Source: an uncultured delta proteobacterium
GTDB taxonomy: Bacteria; Desulfobacterota; Desulfobaccia; Desulfobaccales; Desulfobaccaceae
DNA length: 64,000 nt
Assembly (NCBI GenBank): GCA_963789385.1
Contig: CAWBKT010000038.1
Location: 121,094-185,093, forward strand
Direction: 5' to 3'
In this document: positions 18,491-28,927 of the stretch, piece by piece
How positions within the stretch are numbered: position 1 is the first letter of the stretch
Layout of the letters: every line of letters starts with the position of its first letter
The notes under the pieces: model-generated
Told to the model about the DNA's origin: nothing
The model's input: the letters and a program-made list of their open reading frames with translations, nothing else
Databases searched by the model: none
Position numbers and translations under genes: made by a program

Positions 18491-19030
18491 ATGCCGGCAG
18501 CACCATTTCGATTAGCCTTTATCTGCGGCGGAGCCAAAAGCGGCAAAAGCCGGTTTGCCCAAAATCTGGCGGAATCATTGCCGGCTCCCCGCCTCTATGT
18601 CGCCACCGGAGAAGCCCTGGATGAGGAGATGTCGGCTCGTATTCTCCGTCATCAACAGGATCGGGGGCCCGACTGGCAGACCCGGGAAGAGCCTTTGGCT
18701 CTGGCCGGAGCCTTGAGAGGATCAAATGGCCATTTCGGTGTCATCTTAGTGGATTGTTTAACCATGTGGTTATCAAATCTGCTGACCCGCCGGGAGGCGG
18801 ACCTGGAGGAGGAGAAACGGCAACTGGCTGAAGTATTGCCACGTATGCAAACCCCGGTAATTGTGGTGACTAACGAAGTGGGTTGGGGAATTGTTCCGGC
18901 TAACCCTCTGGCCCGGCGTTTTCGAGATGTGGCCGGCACCCTTAATCAGCACATTGCCTCCCTGGCCGACGTCGCCGTCTTAGTGGTCAGTGGCCTGCCT
19001 CTTTATCTCAAGGGAAAGCAACTATGGTAA
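18491..19030 (+). CDS. cobU: adenosylcobinamide kinase / adenosylcobinamide-phosphate guanylyltransferase
   Basis: 179 aa with the P-loop FICGGAKSGKSRFAQ, ...ILVDCLTMWLSN... and VVTNEVGWGIVP. Confidence 0.9.
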   Translation: MPAAPFRLAFICGGAKSGKSRFAQNLAESLPAPRLYVATGEALDEEMSARILRHQQDRGPDWQTREEPLALAGALRGSNGHFGVILVDCLTMWLSNLLTRREADLEEEKRQLAEVLPRMQTPVIVVTNEVGWGIVPANPLARRFRDVAGTLNQHIASLADVAVLVVSGLPLYLKGKQLW

Positions 19031-19054
19031 TTTTCACGAGGATTAGTAAACCTG

Positions 19055-20117
19055 ATGAACCAAGAACTATTACACGATATTCTGAAACAAATTAAACCTG
19101 TTGACCCGGAGTGGCTGGCCAGAGCCCAGACCCGTCTGGATCAACTCACCAAACCCCGGGGCAGCCTGGGACGCCTTGAAGAATTGGCTGCCTGGTATGT
19201 GGCAGTCCGGGAAGAATTGCTGCCCACTATACGAAAAAAAATGGTGGTGATTTTTGCCGGCGACCACGGGGTGGTCGATGAAGGCGTCAGCGCCTACCCC
19301 CAGGAAGTTACTTTTCAAATGGTGGTTAATTTTGTCCAGGGAGGAGCAGGTATCAATGTCTTGTCCCGGCACGTGGGGGCCGAGGTGCAGGTTGTCGATA
19401 TCGGCGTCAAGCATGAGTTTACCGCTATGCCTGGTCTGATTCGCCGGAAAGTGGCCGCCGGCACCCGCAACCTGGCCCGGGAGGCGGCTATGAGCTCCGG
19501 CTGAAACTGAGGCGGCCATTGCCTGTGGCATTGAGTTGGCCCGAGAAAATATCGCCGCCGGGGCAGATATTCTCGCCACCGGGGAAATGGGCATCGGCAA
19601 TACCACACCGGCGGCGGCCCTCGCCGCCGCCTTCACCGGCAAAACCGCTCTCGAGGTTACCGGCCGGGGAACCGGAGTCGATGACCTCGGCTATCAACGG
19701 AAAATTGAGGTAATTGATCGGGCCTTGGCCCTGCATCAACCCAACCCCAAAGACCCTCTTGACGTTTTGGCCAGGCTGGGCGGTCTGGAAATTGCCGGCC
19801 TGACCGGACTCATTTTAGGGGCGGCGGCAGCCAGGCGGCCGATCATGGTTGACGGCTTCATTGCCACTGCCGCGGCCTTGGTGGCAACCAAAATATGCCC
19901 GGCCGCAAAAGATTACCTCCAGGCCGCACATCAATCAGCGGAATATGGGCATCGGGTTATTTTGGAGCATTTGGGACTGCGCCCCCTGTTGCAACTGGAA
20001 ATGCGCCTGGGAGAAGGCACCGGCGCCGCCCTGGGAATGAACCTTTTGGAGGCGGGCCTGAAAATCTATCGTGAAATGGCCACCTTTGCCGAGGCCGGAG
20101 TGAGCGACCAGGACTAA
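19055..20117 (+). pseudogene. cobT: nicotinate-nucleotide--dimethylbenzimidazole phosphoribosyltransferase, one frame change near 19493
   Basis: ORF 19055-19504 ([15 protein letters not shown]...VIFAGDHGV...FPQEVT) continues as [43 protein letters not shown] in ORF 19536-20117. A single extra base after ATGAGC explains the break. Confidence 0.88.
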
Positions 20118-20857
20118 TGCTGACTCAATTAAGTCTGGCCTTGTCATTTCTTACCATTATACCGGTGCCCGGGCACCGGGTTGCTGATGCCCGGGAACTG
20201 GCTGCTTCAATGGTCTGGTTCCCCGTGGTGGGGCTGTTTTTGGGGGGACTGCTGGCCGGGGCCGCGCTGGGGTTAAATTGCTGCCTGCCGCACCCTGCTG
20301 CCGCCGCAGTTCTGGTGACCTTGCTCGCCGTTGTCACCCGGGCCTTACATCTGGATGGCCTGGCGGATACCCTGGACGGCCTGGGAGGCGGCCAGACCCG
20401 TGAAGACTCTTTGCGGATCATGAAAGATCACGCCGTCGGAGCTTTCGGCGCCGTGGGCATCGTCCTGGCGCTCATGCTCAAATATGGACTGATCCTGGCC
20501 TTGTTAGACAAGGGCGAGATAAAAAATTTACTCATTTTTCCGGTAATAAGCAGGACGGCCATGGTGCTGCTGGCCTACCTGTCTCCCTATGCCCGTCTGG
20601 AAGGCGGACTGGGGGAGGCCATGGCTACTCTCGCCACCGGTAAGACGGCATCTCTGGCGGTGGGCAGCGCCATCATTATCGTCGGCCTGGCCGGATATTG
20701 GCAAGGCCTGCTAAGTCTGGCAGTGGTGATGGTTTTAACCTGCGCCTTAGCCATGTATTTTATACAAAGATTAGGCGGGGTTACGGGTGATGTATTCGGG
20801 GCCGTCAATGAATTGATGGAAGTTGCCGGATTGATTCTGCTCGTCTATCCTGCCTGA
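20117..20857 (+). CDS. cobS: adenosylcobinamide-GDP ribazoletransferase (cobalamin synthase)
   Basis: 246-aa polytopic membrane ORF with ALSFLTIIPVP, ...HLDGLADTLDGLGGG... and GGVTGDVFGA. Its start overlaps the cobT stop. Confidence 0.9.
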   Translation: MLTQLSLALSFLTIIPVPGHRVADARELAASMVWFPVVGLFLGGLLAGAALGLNCCLPHPAAAAVLVTLLAVVTRALHLDGLADTLDGLGGGQTREDSLRIMKDHAVGAFGAVGIVLALMLKYGLILALLDKGEIKNLLIFPVISRTAMVLLAYLSPYARLEGGLGEAMATLATGKTASLAVGSAIIIVGLAGYWQGLLSLAVVMVLTCALAMYFIQRLGGVTGDVFGAVNELMEVAGLILLVYPA

Positions 20858-21054
20858 AGAAGCACTCTTGGCCATTGCAGCTTACTCTGCCAACATACTA
20901 AGAAAAAAATCTAATTGCCTCGTAATTATGGCATAAAAAATAATCAGGTCTTATATTACCTTCATAGCAAAGATCATTGCCCGATCTGATTCGTCTATCT
21001 GCTCTCTTTGCCTTTGGGTTGACAAGGGTCTTTAGATTTTATTTAATTAAGACA

Positions 21055-22377
21055 GTGAACCGGCCGAAAAAAAGATTATACATCAAAACTTACGGCTGCC
21101 AGATGAACGTCTATGATTCTGAACAGATGGCGCTCATCCTGGGCCGGGATTATGAACTGACCGACAAGGCGGAGGACGCGGACCTTTACCTGATTAACAC
21201 CTGTGCCATTCGGAGGAAATCCGAAGAAAAAGTTCTCAGCCTGCTGGGCCGTTTAAAGGCTCTGAAGCAGCAGCGCCCCCAGATGCTTTTGGGCGTCGGC
21301 GGCTGTGTCGCCCAGCAGGAAGGTGAAAAACTCCTGCAACAGGTGCCGCACCTGGACCTTGTTTTCGGCACCCACGGAGTCTATAAACTGCCGGCGCTGC
21401 TGCGGCAGGTTCAAGAGACCGGGCGCCGTCTGGTGGATACCAGTTTTTCGGCGGGGATGCCGTATATTTGCCATGCGCCGCTGCCGGGAACCGTGCAGAA
21501 GTTAGTAACAATCATGCAAGGCTGTGACAACTACTGCACGTATTGCGTCGTGCCTTATGTCCGGGGTCCCGAGCGCAGCCGACCTCCCGGAGATATCATC
21601 CGGGAAGTTGAGGTGTTTTTAGGGCAGGGCGGCCGGGAAGTAACTTTACTCGGCCAAAATGTCAATTCTTACGGCCGGGGTCTGGACGAGAAAATTACTT
21701 TTCCGGCTTTGCTGCGCCAATTGGCCGAGCTGCCGGGGTTGGCCCGGTTAAGATTTACAACTTCACATCCTCGAGATTTATCCGAGGACTTGATCCACTG
21801 CTTTGCCGAGTTGCCGCCGTTGTGCGAACATATTCACCTGCCGGTGCAGACGGGCTCTAATAAAATCTTAACCAGGATGCACCGCGGCTACAGCCGGGAA
21901 GACTATTTAAACAAAATAAATACATTGCGTCAGGAGTGCCCAAAAATTGCCTTGAGCACTGATTTAATTGTCGGATTCCCAGGCGAAACTGAAAAAGATT
22001 TTCAAGATACTTTGCAACTGATGCAAGAGGCTGCCTTTGACAGCGCTTTTTTCTTTAAATATTCACCCCGGCCGCAGACTGCTGCGGCCGCTTTCCCGGA
22101 CCAGGTTCCGGAGGCTGTGAAGACGGAACGCCTGGCCCGGCTGAAGGAATTGCAGGAACAGCTCAGTTTCGCCAGCAATCAGCGGTTGCTGGGTGAGGTT
22201 GGCGAAGTATTGGTCGAAGGTTTCAGCAAGCAGAAGAACACCCAGCTGTACGGACGCTTGCGCAGCAATCAAGTGGTGAATTTTGACGGTCCCCGGGAGC
22301 TGATCGGTCGGATGGTGCAGGTGCGGATTGTAAAAGCCCATCTCCATTCCTTGGGAGCCCTCTTGTGCGAAAACTAA
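21055..22377 (+). CDS. miaB: tRNA-2-methylthio-N6-dimethylallyladenosine synthase
   Basis: Contains RLYIKTYGCQMNVYDSE, the radical SAM motif GCDNYCTYCVVPYVRG and a TRAM-like C-terminus. The start is placed at GTG 21055 so that the N-terminus matches the usual MiaB start. The longest ORF begins at TTG 20977. Confidence 0.9.
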   Translation: MNRPKKRLYIKTYGCQMNVYDSEQMALILGRDYELTDKAEDADLYLINTCAIRRKSEEKVLSLLGRLKALKQQRPQMLLGVGGCVAQQEGEKLLQQVPHLDLVFGTHGVYKLPALLRQVQETGRRLVDTSFSAGMPYICHAPLPGTVQKLVTIMQGCDNYCTYCVVPYVRGPERSRPPGDIIREVEVFLGQGGREVTLLGQNVNSYGRGLDEKITFPALLRQLAELPGLARLRFTTSHPRDLSEDLIHCFAELPPLCEHIHLPVQTGSNKILTRMHRGYSREDYLNKINTLRQECPKIALSTDLIVGFPGETEKDFQDTLQLMQEAAFDSAFFFKYSPRPQTAAAAFPDQVPEAVKTERLARLKELQEQLSFASNQRLLGEVGEVLVEGFSKQKNTQLYGRLRSNQVVNFDGPRELIGRMVQVRIVKAHLHSLGALLCEN

Positions 22378-22432
22378 TTTTGGCCTCAAATCCTTTTTTT
22401 ATCGCCTCCCGGCGAATCCACAGGAGGATACC

Positions 22433-22930
22433 ATGTTAAGAGAAGTAAATGTGGCCGGATTGACCATTGATCCTTTGACCAACAGCCCCATTATGATTTT
22501 AAAGGACATCAATTCCGATCAGGCCGTTCCCATATGGATAGGTTTACTGGAGGCCACGGCCATCGCCAGCGAACTTGAGAATATAAAATTTTCCCGCCCC
22601 ATGACCCATGATCTGCTCAAGAACGTCATTGACATCATGGAAGGCCGGATAACTCGCATAGAAGTCTGTGACTTGCGGGACAATACCTATTTTGCTCTCA
22701 TCTATCTAAAAATTGCTGACAAAGAGATAAGTATTGACGCCCGCCCCAGCGATGCCATAGCTTTGGCGCTTCGGGCCCGGGTGCCGATTTTTGTCGAAGA
22801 TGTCGTTATTCAAAAGTCCCGTCGGGTGGATTTAGGCGCTAAAGAGGAAATTACCACCGAAGAAGGCAAAAAATGGACGGAAATTCTCGAAGGCCTGGAC
22901 CCGGAAGATTTCACCAAATATAAAATGTAA
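22433..22930 (+). CDS. bifunctional nuclease (DUF151/BFN) family protein
   Basis: 165 aa with PIMILKDINSDQAVPIWIGLLEATAIA, ...RPMTHDLL... and ARPSDAIALALRA. Confidence 0.8.
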   Translation: MLREVNVAGLTIDPLTNSPIMILKDINSDQAVPIWIGLLEATAIASELENIKFSRPMTHDLLKNVIDIMEGRITRIEVCDLRDNTYFALIYLKIADKEISIDARPSDAIALALRARVPIFVEDVVIQKSRRVDLGAKEEITTEEGKKWTEILEGLDPEDFTKYKM

Positions 22931-23015
22931 ACCGGCAACCGCAAACGGCTCCAACCTTTTTTTGCACTTAAATCTGTGAAATTTTGCTGATCGCTGAAGC
23001 TGACCGCTTTATACT

Positions 23016-23672
23016 ATGATTGATCTACATTCCCATTCCCTCTATAGCGATGGTGAGCTTCTGCCGGCTGAAGCGCTCCGCCGGGTCACCGTTTTGGGTT
23101 ACCGGTTTTTAGGCATTACCGATCATGTTGATGCCTCCAATTACGATCTGGTCCTGGAAAGACTGCGCCGGGCGGCCTTTGAACTGAATAAGGTAAGTCA
23201 GACGAAATTAATTCCGGGAGTGGAATTCACTCACGTGCCCCCTTCCCAAATCATTCCCCTGGTGGCCCAGGCTCGGGCTCTGGGTGCAGCCCTGGTGGTA
23301 TTGCACGGTGAGACCTTGATGGAACCGGTGGCCCCGGGAACCAATAGAGCCGGGCTGGAGGCTGAGATCGATATTCTGGCTCATCCGGGACTGATTTCCC
23401 GGGAAGACGCCGAACTTGCCGCGCAACGTGGGATCATGCTCGAAATTTCCGCCCGGGCCGGGCATTCCCTGTCCAACGGGCATGTTGCCGCCCTGGCCCG
23501 GCAGGTGGGGGCCGGTCTGGTGCTGAACACTGATTCTCACAGTCCCGGCAATTACATCACCAGGGAGCGAGCCTACCAGATTGCTCAAGGCGCGGGGTTG
23601 TCCCTGGAGGAATGCCATCAGATGCTGGCAAACTCGGAAAACCTGGCCCGCCGGGCCTTATCCAGGATTTAA
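23016..23672 (+). CDS. PHP-domain (histidinol-phosphatase-like) metal-dependent phosphoesterase
   Basis: Begins MIDLHSHSLYSDG. Also has ...GITDHVD..., VVLHGE and NTDSHSP, the PHP His/Asp motifs. Confidence 0.75.
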   Translation: MIDLHSHSLYSDGELLPAEALRRVTVLGYRFLGITDHVDASNYDLVLERLRRAAFELNKVSQTKLIPGVEFTHVPPSQIIPLVAQARALGAALVVLHGETLMEPVAPGTNRAGLEAEIDILAHPGLISREDAELAAQRGIMLEISARAGHSLSNGHVAALARQVGAGLVLNTDSHSPGNYITRERAYQIAQGAGLSLEECHQMLANSENLARRALSRI

Positions 23673-24005
23673 CAAGCCTTCGCCGTCTCAAAAACATTGA
23701 TCCCTATCAGGCATCCTAAAATGAGGTGCCTTCTGTCTGTTCTTTAATAATTAACTTTCGCCTCCTTGCCGGTTCCCGTTCTTTTCGAGAAGTTCCCAAT
23801 TTTTCGCCGTAATTATTTTCTTGCCAAGCTCATCCCCGGCAGGACAAAATACGATTTAAGCTCAGCGCCGGATGTACTCATTGTCTTAATCGAATATAAC
23901 CTAACAGATATTCTTGTTCTCGTAGAGGCTGTTCGCTAACGGCCCCTACAGGTGGATCATAAGAAATTATTTTTAAGAACTACTATAAATTAAGAGAGGG
24001 TTATC

Positions 24006-24392
24006 ATGAGCAAAGAACGAAAAATCATCAGCAGCCCCAAAGCCCCGCCGGCAGTGGGCCCTTACAGCCAGGGGGTGCAGGTGGGTAATTTCCTTTACCT
24101 CTCCGGTCAAATTCCCTTAAATGCGGCCGGGGAACTGCAACAGGGCGACATCGTCGTCCAGGCCATCCAGGTCCTGGAAAATATTAAGGCATTGCTCGCA
24201 GAAGCGGGGATGTGCCCCGCAGATGTCGTGAAGACCACGGTATTTCTCACCGATCTGGGCAACTTTGCGGAAATGAACCGGGTCTATGCCGAATACTTTC
24301 CCCACAATCCCCCGGCCCGGTCAACCATCCAGGTGGCGGCTTTGCCCAAAGGCGCGGACATAGAAATAGAAGTCATCGCCTATAAATCATAA
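24006..24392 (+). CDS. ridA: RidA/YjgF-family reactive-intermediate deaminase
   Basis: 128 aa with APPAVGPYSQGV, ...LYLSGQIPL..., VKTTVFLTDL and PARSTIQVAALPKGADIEIE. Confidence 0.9.
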   Translation: MSKERKIISSPKAPPAVGPYSQGVQVGNFLYLSGQIPLNAAGELQQGDIVVQAIQVLENIKALLAEAGMCPADVVKTTVFLTDLGNFAEMNRVYAEYFPHNPPARSTIQVAALPKGADIEIEVIAYKS

Positions 24393-24469
24393 TTGCCCCG
24401 GCCCAATTGATGATCTTTTGATGCAGGTGCCTCGGGATATTCACTAAAAACGTCAAAGGAGAAAAGGTA

Positions 24470-25258
24470 ATGACTGTCAATTATCAGGAAGCTGCTGAAT
24501 TTATTCGAAACGATCTCAGATTAAAGACCATGCCGGTGGCGGCAAAATTTTTAAAAGATAAAGCCGGATTTCCCGAAAAAACTCGGCAGCCTTCAGTGGC
24601 CCTGAAAAAACGGGTAACCATCTGCATGGGGGTTACCATGGCCCGGGTCTATGGCTGGACAGTAGGGTTAACCAAAGAAGACCTCATTTGTGTCCCTGCC
24701 ATGATCATGTTCGGCTTTACCGACGCGCCGGACCAGTCTGAGACCCTGGCCGGCCTCTTTTGTGATATCAATTTTTCCAGCAGCCGGGAGAAGGCCTTGT
24801 CTGAAACCACGAATATGACCCGTTTAGCCAACCGGGAGTACGAAGCCCTCTTGTTGGCACCGCTGTCCGGAAGCCAGCAAATTCCCGATACTGTGCTTCT
24901 TTACGGCAATCCGGCCCAGATGATGCGCCTGGCCCAGGCTTACAGCTATATCGCCGGGGAACGGGTGTCCGGCCACTTCGGCGGCAAAGTGGAGTGCGAT
25001 GAGTACCTGATTGCTCCTTTTAAAACCGGTAAACCCCGGGTGGCCATACCGGGCATGGGGGACCGCATCTTTTCCATGACCCAGGATGATGAAATGGTTT
25101 TTGCCCTGCCCGGCCGGGACCTGGAAACCCTGTTGCAGGGCTTGAAAGAATCCGGCAACAAAATCGGCGCCAGGTATCCCGTCACCTGCTATCAGAATTT
25201 TCAGCCGGAGTTCCCCAAGTATCATCAGTCCCTGGGAAAGGAACTGGGGTTGTTTTAA
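24470..25258 (+). CDS. DUF169-family protein
   Basis: 262 aa. LKTMPVAAKFLKDK, ...VTICMGVTMARVYGW... and IPGMGDRIFS resemble DUF169 as I remember it, from memory only. Confidence 0.6.
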   Translation: MTVNYQEAAEFIRNDLRLKTMPVAAKFLKDKAGFPEKTRQPSVALKKRVTICMGVTMARVYGWTVGLTKEDLICVPAMIMFGFTDAPDQSETLAGLFCDINFSSSREKALSETTNMTRLANREYEALLLAPLSGSQQIPDTVLLYGNPAQMMRLAQAYSYIAGERVSGHFGGKVECDEYLIAPFKTGKPRVAIPGMGDRIFSMTQDDEMVFALPGRDLETLLQGLKESGNKIGARYPVTCYQNFQPEFPKYHQSLGKELGLF

Positions 25259-25310
25259 CGCCAGCAGGCAAATAATTCGCTCCCCCCGGTGGCACAGGCA
25301 TCCCAGACAA

Positions 25311-25359
25311 TCATTTGCCTTTGCCGAATTCCTTGCCATCAATCTTGTCGATGAGCAGG
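25311..25359 (-). pseudogene. 49-nt fragment homologous to the 3-prime end of gene 26660-27019
   Basis: 41 of 49 nt are identical to 26660-26708. It encodes ...LLIDKIDGKEFGKGK*, compared with ...LLIQKIDGKKFGTCK*. Confidence 0.75.
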
Positions 25360-25475
25360 AAATTCGACGGCGGCCCAGTGGGGGTGGACACCCTGGCCGG
25401 GGCGCCACCCGCCTGGCCCTGGAATATTTCGACCAGAAACCGAAAAAGGTCAGACAACCATCGCTGGAATTTTAA
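25360..25475 (+). pseudogene. fragment of a ruvB 3-prime end (internally deleted, about 84 percent identical to the resident ruvB)
   Basis: AAATTCGACGGCGGCCCAGTGGGGGTGGACACCCTGGCCGGGGCG aligns to 40270-40314. CCACCCGCCTGGCCCTGGAATATTTCGACCAGAAACCGAAAAAGG...CTGGAATTTTAA aligns to 40406-40476. About 90 nt between the two pieces are missing. Confidence 0.8.
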
Positions 25476-25871
25476 AAAGTGAAGCTCGAAAACTACGAGA
25501 CTTGAAAACCCCGACAAGATTTTTTTAAACAATCTTATATCATATTAATATTATTAACTAATTAATTCTCTCGACCATCAATCGGCGTGATTTTATCGAT
25601 TATTTCGCGCTCATTTCGCGCCTCTTTTTCACTTTTTTCCCGCTTCTTTGGCGATGGGTTTATTACCATGCCAGCGATTGTCAGCCCGGTTAGGCGCTTT
25701 GCTTGTCCCGGGCGAGGGCGTCTCAAGCCGTTTTTCCTTCTTGCCGAAACCTCGATCCCTGGGAATGATAATACCATAAGGAGAAGAATTTCCCCAGAAC
25801 AGGCGGGACGGATGTCACAATTAACGACCCTTTCATTCTTATTTTCGTGTAGTGGCAAGCAACTTCCTAAA

Positions 25872-25909
25872 GATGAAATAAAAATGGCAGGGCCGCGGCT
25901 GACCCTGCC
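25872..25909 (-). terminator. rho-independent terminator downstream of the PEP-CTERM gene
   Basis: The minus strand reads GGCAGGG-TCAGCCGCGG-CCCTGCC followed by ATTTTTATTT. Confidence 0.7.
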
Positions 25910-25938
25910 TTAGTGGATGGCTGATAGAGGAGACCTGT

Positions 25939-26615
25939 TTAACTCTTCCGCCGGAGTCTGCCGGCCATCCTTAACAGCCCGACGCCCAGCAGCCAGACGC
26001 CCGCCGGCAGGGGGACTGCCACAAAGCTCGCATCATACATGTCTTCGATAGTTAATGTATTTCCAGACACCCCCAGGATGGTGATATCTGCAGCAAACTG
26101 GGTAACAAAAGCTCCCGGCAAGAGTGGTGGGCCCGAAGAGTGGATTTTAGATCATAGGTATCCAGACCGGTAGGCGGGTCAGGGGGAAGAATGAGGAGAT
26201 CCGGTCTAATAAACTGTCTCCAAAAGCCACCTGTAACAGGATATTATCGCACCAGACATAAAGAGGATCAGTAAAGGTGCCGTCCATCACAAACGGGGCC
26301 AGGATCGGGGTATTATCGAGGTTGTAACCCAAGATCTGGGATCCCTGGATATGGATGGAACCGGTCAAATTATCATTTAACCAAAACCCGGAACCTACAC
26401 CTAAATATTCGGTAACATTTGCGGTATCGCCGGAAATGGAGATCAAAGCAGCTGACGTATCGAAGACAGTAGTACCATTCAAGTCCCCCGAGGCGGTGCC
26501 GAAAAAATTCGTAAACAATGGGATTCGCCTTGACCGGGGTTGTCGCCAGGCACAGGGCTGTGAGGACCAACATCACTACCAGGCACTTTTTGCCATAAAA
26601 GCTGTACTTCATCAC
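25939..26615 (-). pseudogene. PEP-CTERM secreted protein, frame changes near 26505 and 26147
   Basis: The signal peptide is MMKYSFYGKKCLVVMLVLTALCLATTPVKA (ORF 26373-26615). The body is FFGTASGDLNGTTVFDTSAALISISGD... (ORF 26147-26518). The tail FVAVPLPAGVWLLGVGLLRMAGRLRRKS (ORF 25939-26121) is a PEP-CTERM anchor. Confidence 0.75.
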
Positions 26616-26659
26616 CTTTCTCCTTTAATGCTAAGATTGATATTTTCTAAAAAATGATC

Positions 26660-27019
26660 TCATTTGCAGGTGCCGAATTTCTTGCCGTCGATCTTTTGGA
26701 TGAGCAGGTGGTCCGCCCCCTGGGGCAGATAGCCCTCCACGGTGACGGTCTGCTGTTTCGCCGCCAGGGCCTTCAGTTCAGCGACGTTGCTATTTAAAAT
26801 GAACAGGACCGTACGGGGAGGTTCCTGCTGGTGAAACATATAGTTGTAGGTTCTTTGATCGTAGACCACCTTCCCTTTGAAGCTGACCGTCGGCGCCTCA
26901 GAGGTCTTGGGAGGGCAATATTGCTGTTTGCCGGCCCCCTGGCAAAACCCCGGCTCGGCCAAGACGAGTGCGGCCAGCAGGTTTAAGACCAATACGAGGC
27001 CGATGGCTTTCCTGTTCAT
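26660..27019 (-). CDS. secreted small protein of unknown function
   Basis: AGGAGA precedes ATG 27019. The signal-like N-terminus is MNRKAIGLVLVLNLLAALVLAEP. I recognise no motif. The 3-prime end is duplicated at 25311-25359. Confidence 0.55.
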   Translation of the reverse strand: MNRKAIGLVLVLNLLAALVLAEPGFCQGAGKQQYCPPKTSEAPTVSFKGKVVYDQRTYNYMFHQQEPPRTVLFILNSNVAELKALAAKQQTVTVEGYLPQGADHLLIQKIDGKKFGTCK

Positions 27020-27107
27020 AACCTTCTCCTTACTATTGCAGTTACTTTCATCCAATACCCGTAACCTGACGGGTTTTTGATATTACTGACAATTTGAGGC
27101 ATCGTTC

Positions 27108-28927
27108 TTACCCGGCGGCACCGGCCGGATGACCTGGGGATGCACCGGGATACCGGGTTGGAGTTGTGGCGTTCCCGGTGCAGCTTGCGGGCCGGCAGGT
27201 GATGGCGGCACCGCCGAGCGCGGCATGGTGGTCCGGAGTCTCACAACATTCCTGGCCGGCTTCGCCTGGAGGCGGTGGTCCAGGCGAGGATGTTGTTTGT
27301 GGAGGTGTCGCCACCGGAGAACAGGTCCCCTGGGGGAGGCGAGCCGGGGTCAGGGCCGGGAGAGACCTTGGGGACCGCCGGGGTCAGCGAAACCGTGGCT
27401 GGACCAGGAGCAACCGCGGTGGGACCGGCTGGCGCCGGCCCGACATATTGTCCCGGGTCCTGCTGGAACTGCTGCTGACAGGCCTCGCTGCAGAAAAAAT
27501 AGGACTTCCCTTGGTGCCGGCCGGACCGGCCTGCCGCCGCGGCCTGGCGTTCGTCCACCAGCTTGCCGCAGACAACATCGCTGCCGATATCGCCCCTCAG
27601 GCCGGCAGCCGCCAGTTTCATGCGGCTCTCGGAGTCGATGAGGAAATTACCCGAGACCACGATCTTGTCGCCGGGCACCAGGCCCTTGAGGATCTGCACC
27701 CGATCTCCCAGCCGCCAGCCGGTTTCCACGACGCGGGGTTCAAAGAAGCCCTCTCCCCGGTCCACAAAGACCGTTTTCCGGAGGCCGGAATCCAGGATGG
27801 CATCGGCCGGAATGCTGAGGGTCTCGGGCACGGTTCACGGGAAAATCCACGTCCATGAACATATCCGGGCGCAGGGCGAAATCGGGGTTGTCCACCTCCA
27901 GGCGCACCTTGAGAGTCCGGGAGGCTGGGTCAAACTGGGGCAGGACCTGGCTGACCGACGCCCTGCAACACCTTTTTCTGGTAAGGTTGGCTGACCCGCA
28001 CCTTCTCACCGGGCCGGATATAATCGGCTTCATTCTCATAGAGGTCCACCAGGACCCAGATGCGGCTCAGGTCTGCCAGGCGGTACCATTCCGTACCCTC
28101 GTCGAAGCGTTGTCCGGTGGAGATATTCCGGGCCAGGATGAAGCTGGTGGCCGGGGCCACCATGCGGATGCTCTCCGTATACTGCCGGGACTTGCTCCAG
28201 TTCCTTGATCTGCTGGTCGCTCATGCCCAGATTGCGCAGGGTGTCGATGTATTGCTGGATATTTGCCCTGGGAGATCTGGAGCTGGGCGGGGGTTTCTTG
28301 GTCGCTGGCCTGAAAACGGTCCAGAGCGCTCACCGCATAAATGTAGGCCTGCTGCGCCGAGAGAAATTCCGGACTGTAAAAGACGGCCAGGGTCTCATCC
28401 TTCTGTACCACGCTGCCGGTGGAGTTGTTGCCCACCTCCCGGATCCAGCCGTCGATGGCGGCATTCATTCGGTAGATGCGGGTTTCGTCCACCGCCACCT
28501 TCCCCAGGGCTCGGAAGGTATAGGTGAAAGGCGCTTTCTCCACGGTGGCCGACCGCACCCCGATGAGCTGCTGTTTGCGGGGGGTCACCCGCACCGTGCC
28601 GGGGGCCAGGGAGGAATCCGGATAGTCCCCCACCTCGTCGGCATACACCGGCTCCATCTTCATCCCGCAGGGGGCCAGGCCGGGCACGGGAGAGGTGTGC
28701 GCCGGGTTCATGGGATCGACGTAATATAGGGCGGTGCGGCCGCCGGCTCCCGCCGCGGCCTCATGGCGCTTACTATAGAAAGACCCGGCCAGGAAGCCGG
28801 TGAGGAGAATAAGGATTGCCGCCCCGACCAGGGTCCAGGATCTCCGGGTAAGGCGAGGCGTCCGGGAAAAAATCGTCTCCCCCCAACGAGCTCGCTTGCG
28901 GTCCTGGTTTGCCTGGGTTAAGGGCAT
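27108..28927 (-). pseudogene. CusB-like RND efflux periplasmic adaptor with a C-terminal YHS/TRASH domain, at least 4 frame changes
   Basis: The start MPLTQANQ has AGGAGA upstream. Pieces read YYVDPMNPAHTSPVPGLAPCGMKMEPVY, VRVTPRKQQLIGVRSATVE, RIWVLVDLYENEADYIRPGEKVRVS, DPASRTLKVRLEVDNPDFALRPDMFMDVDF and IPADAILDSGLRKTVFVDRGEGFFEPRVVETGW. A YHS-like stretch follows (DVVCGKLVDE...SYFFCSEACQQQF). The pieces are spread over ORFs 28067-29161, 27930-28163, 27740-28039 and 27241-27831. No RND pump gene is adjacent. Confidence 0.7.
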
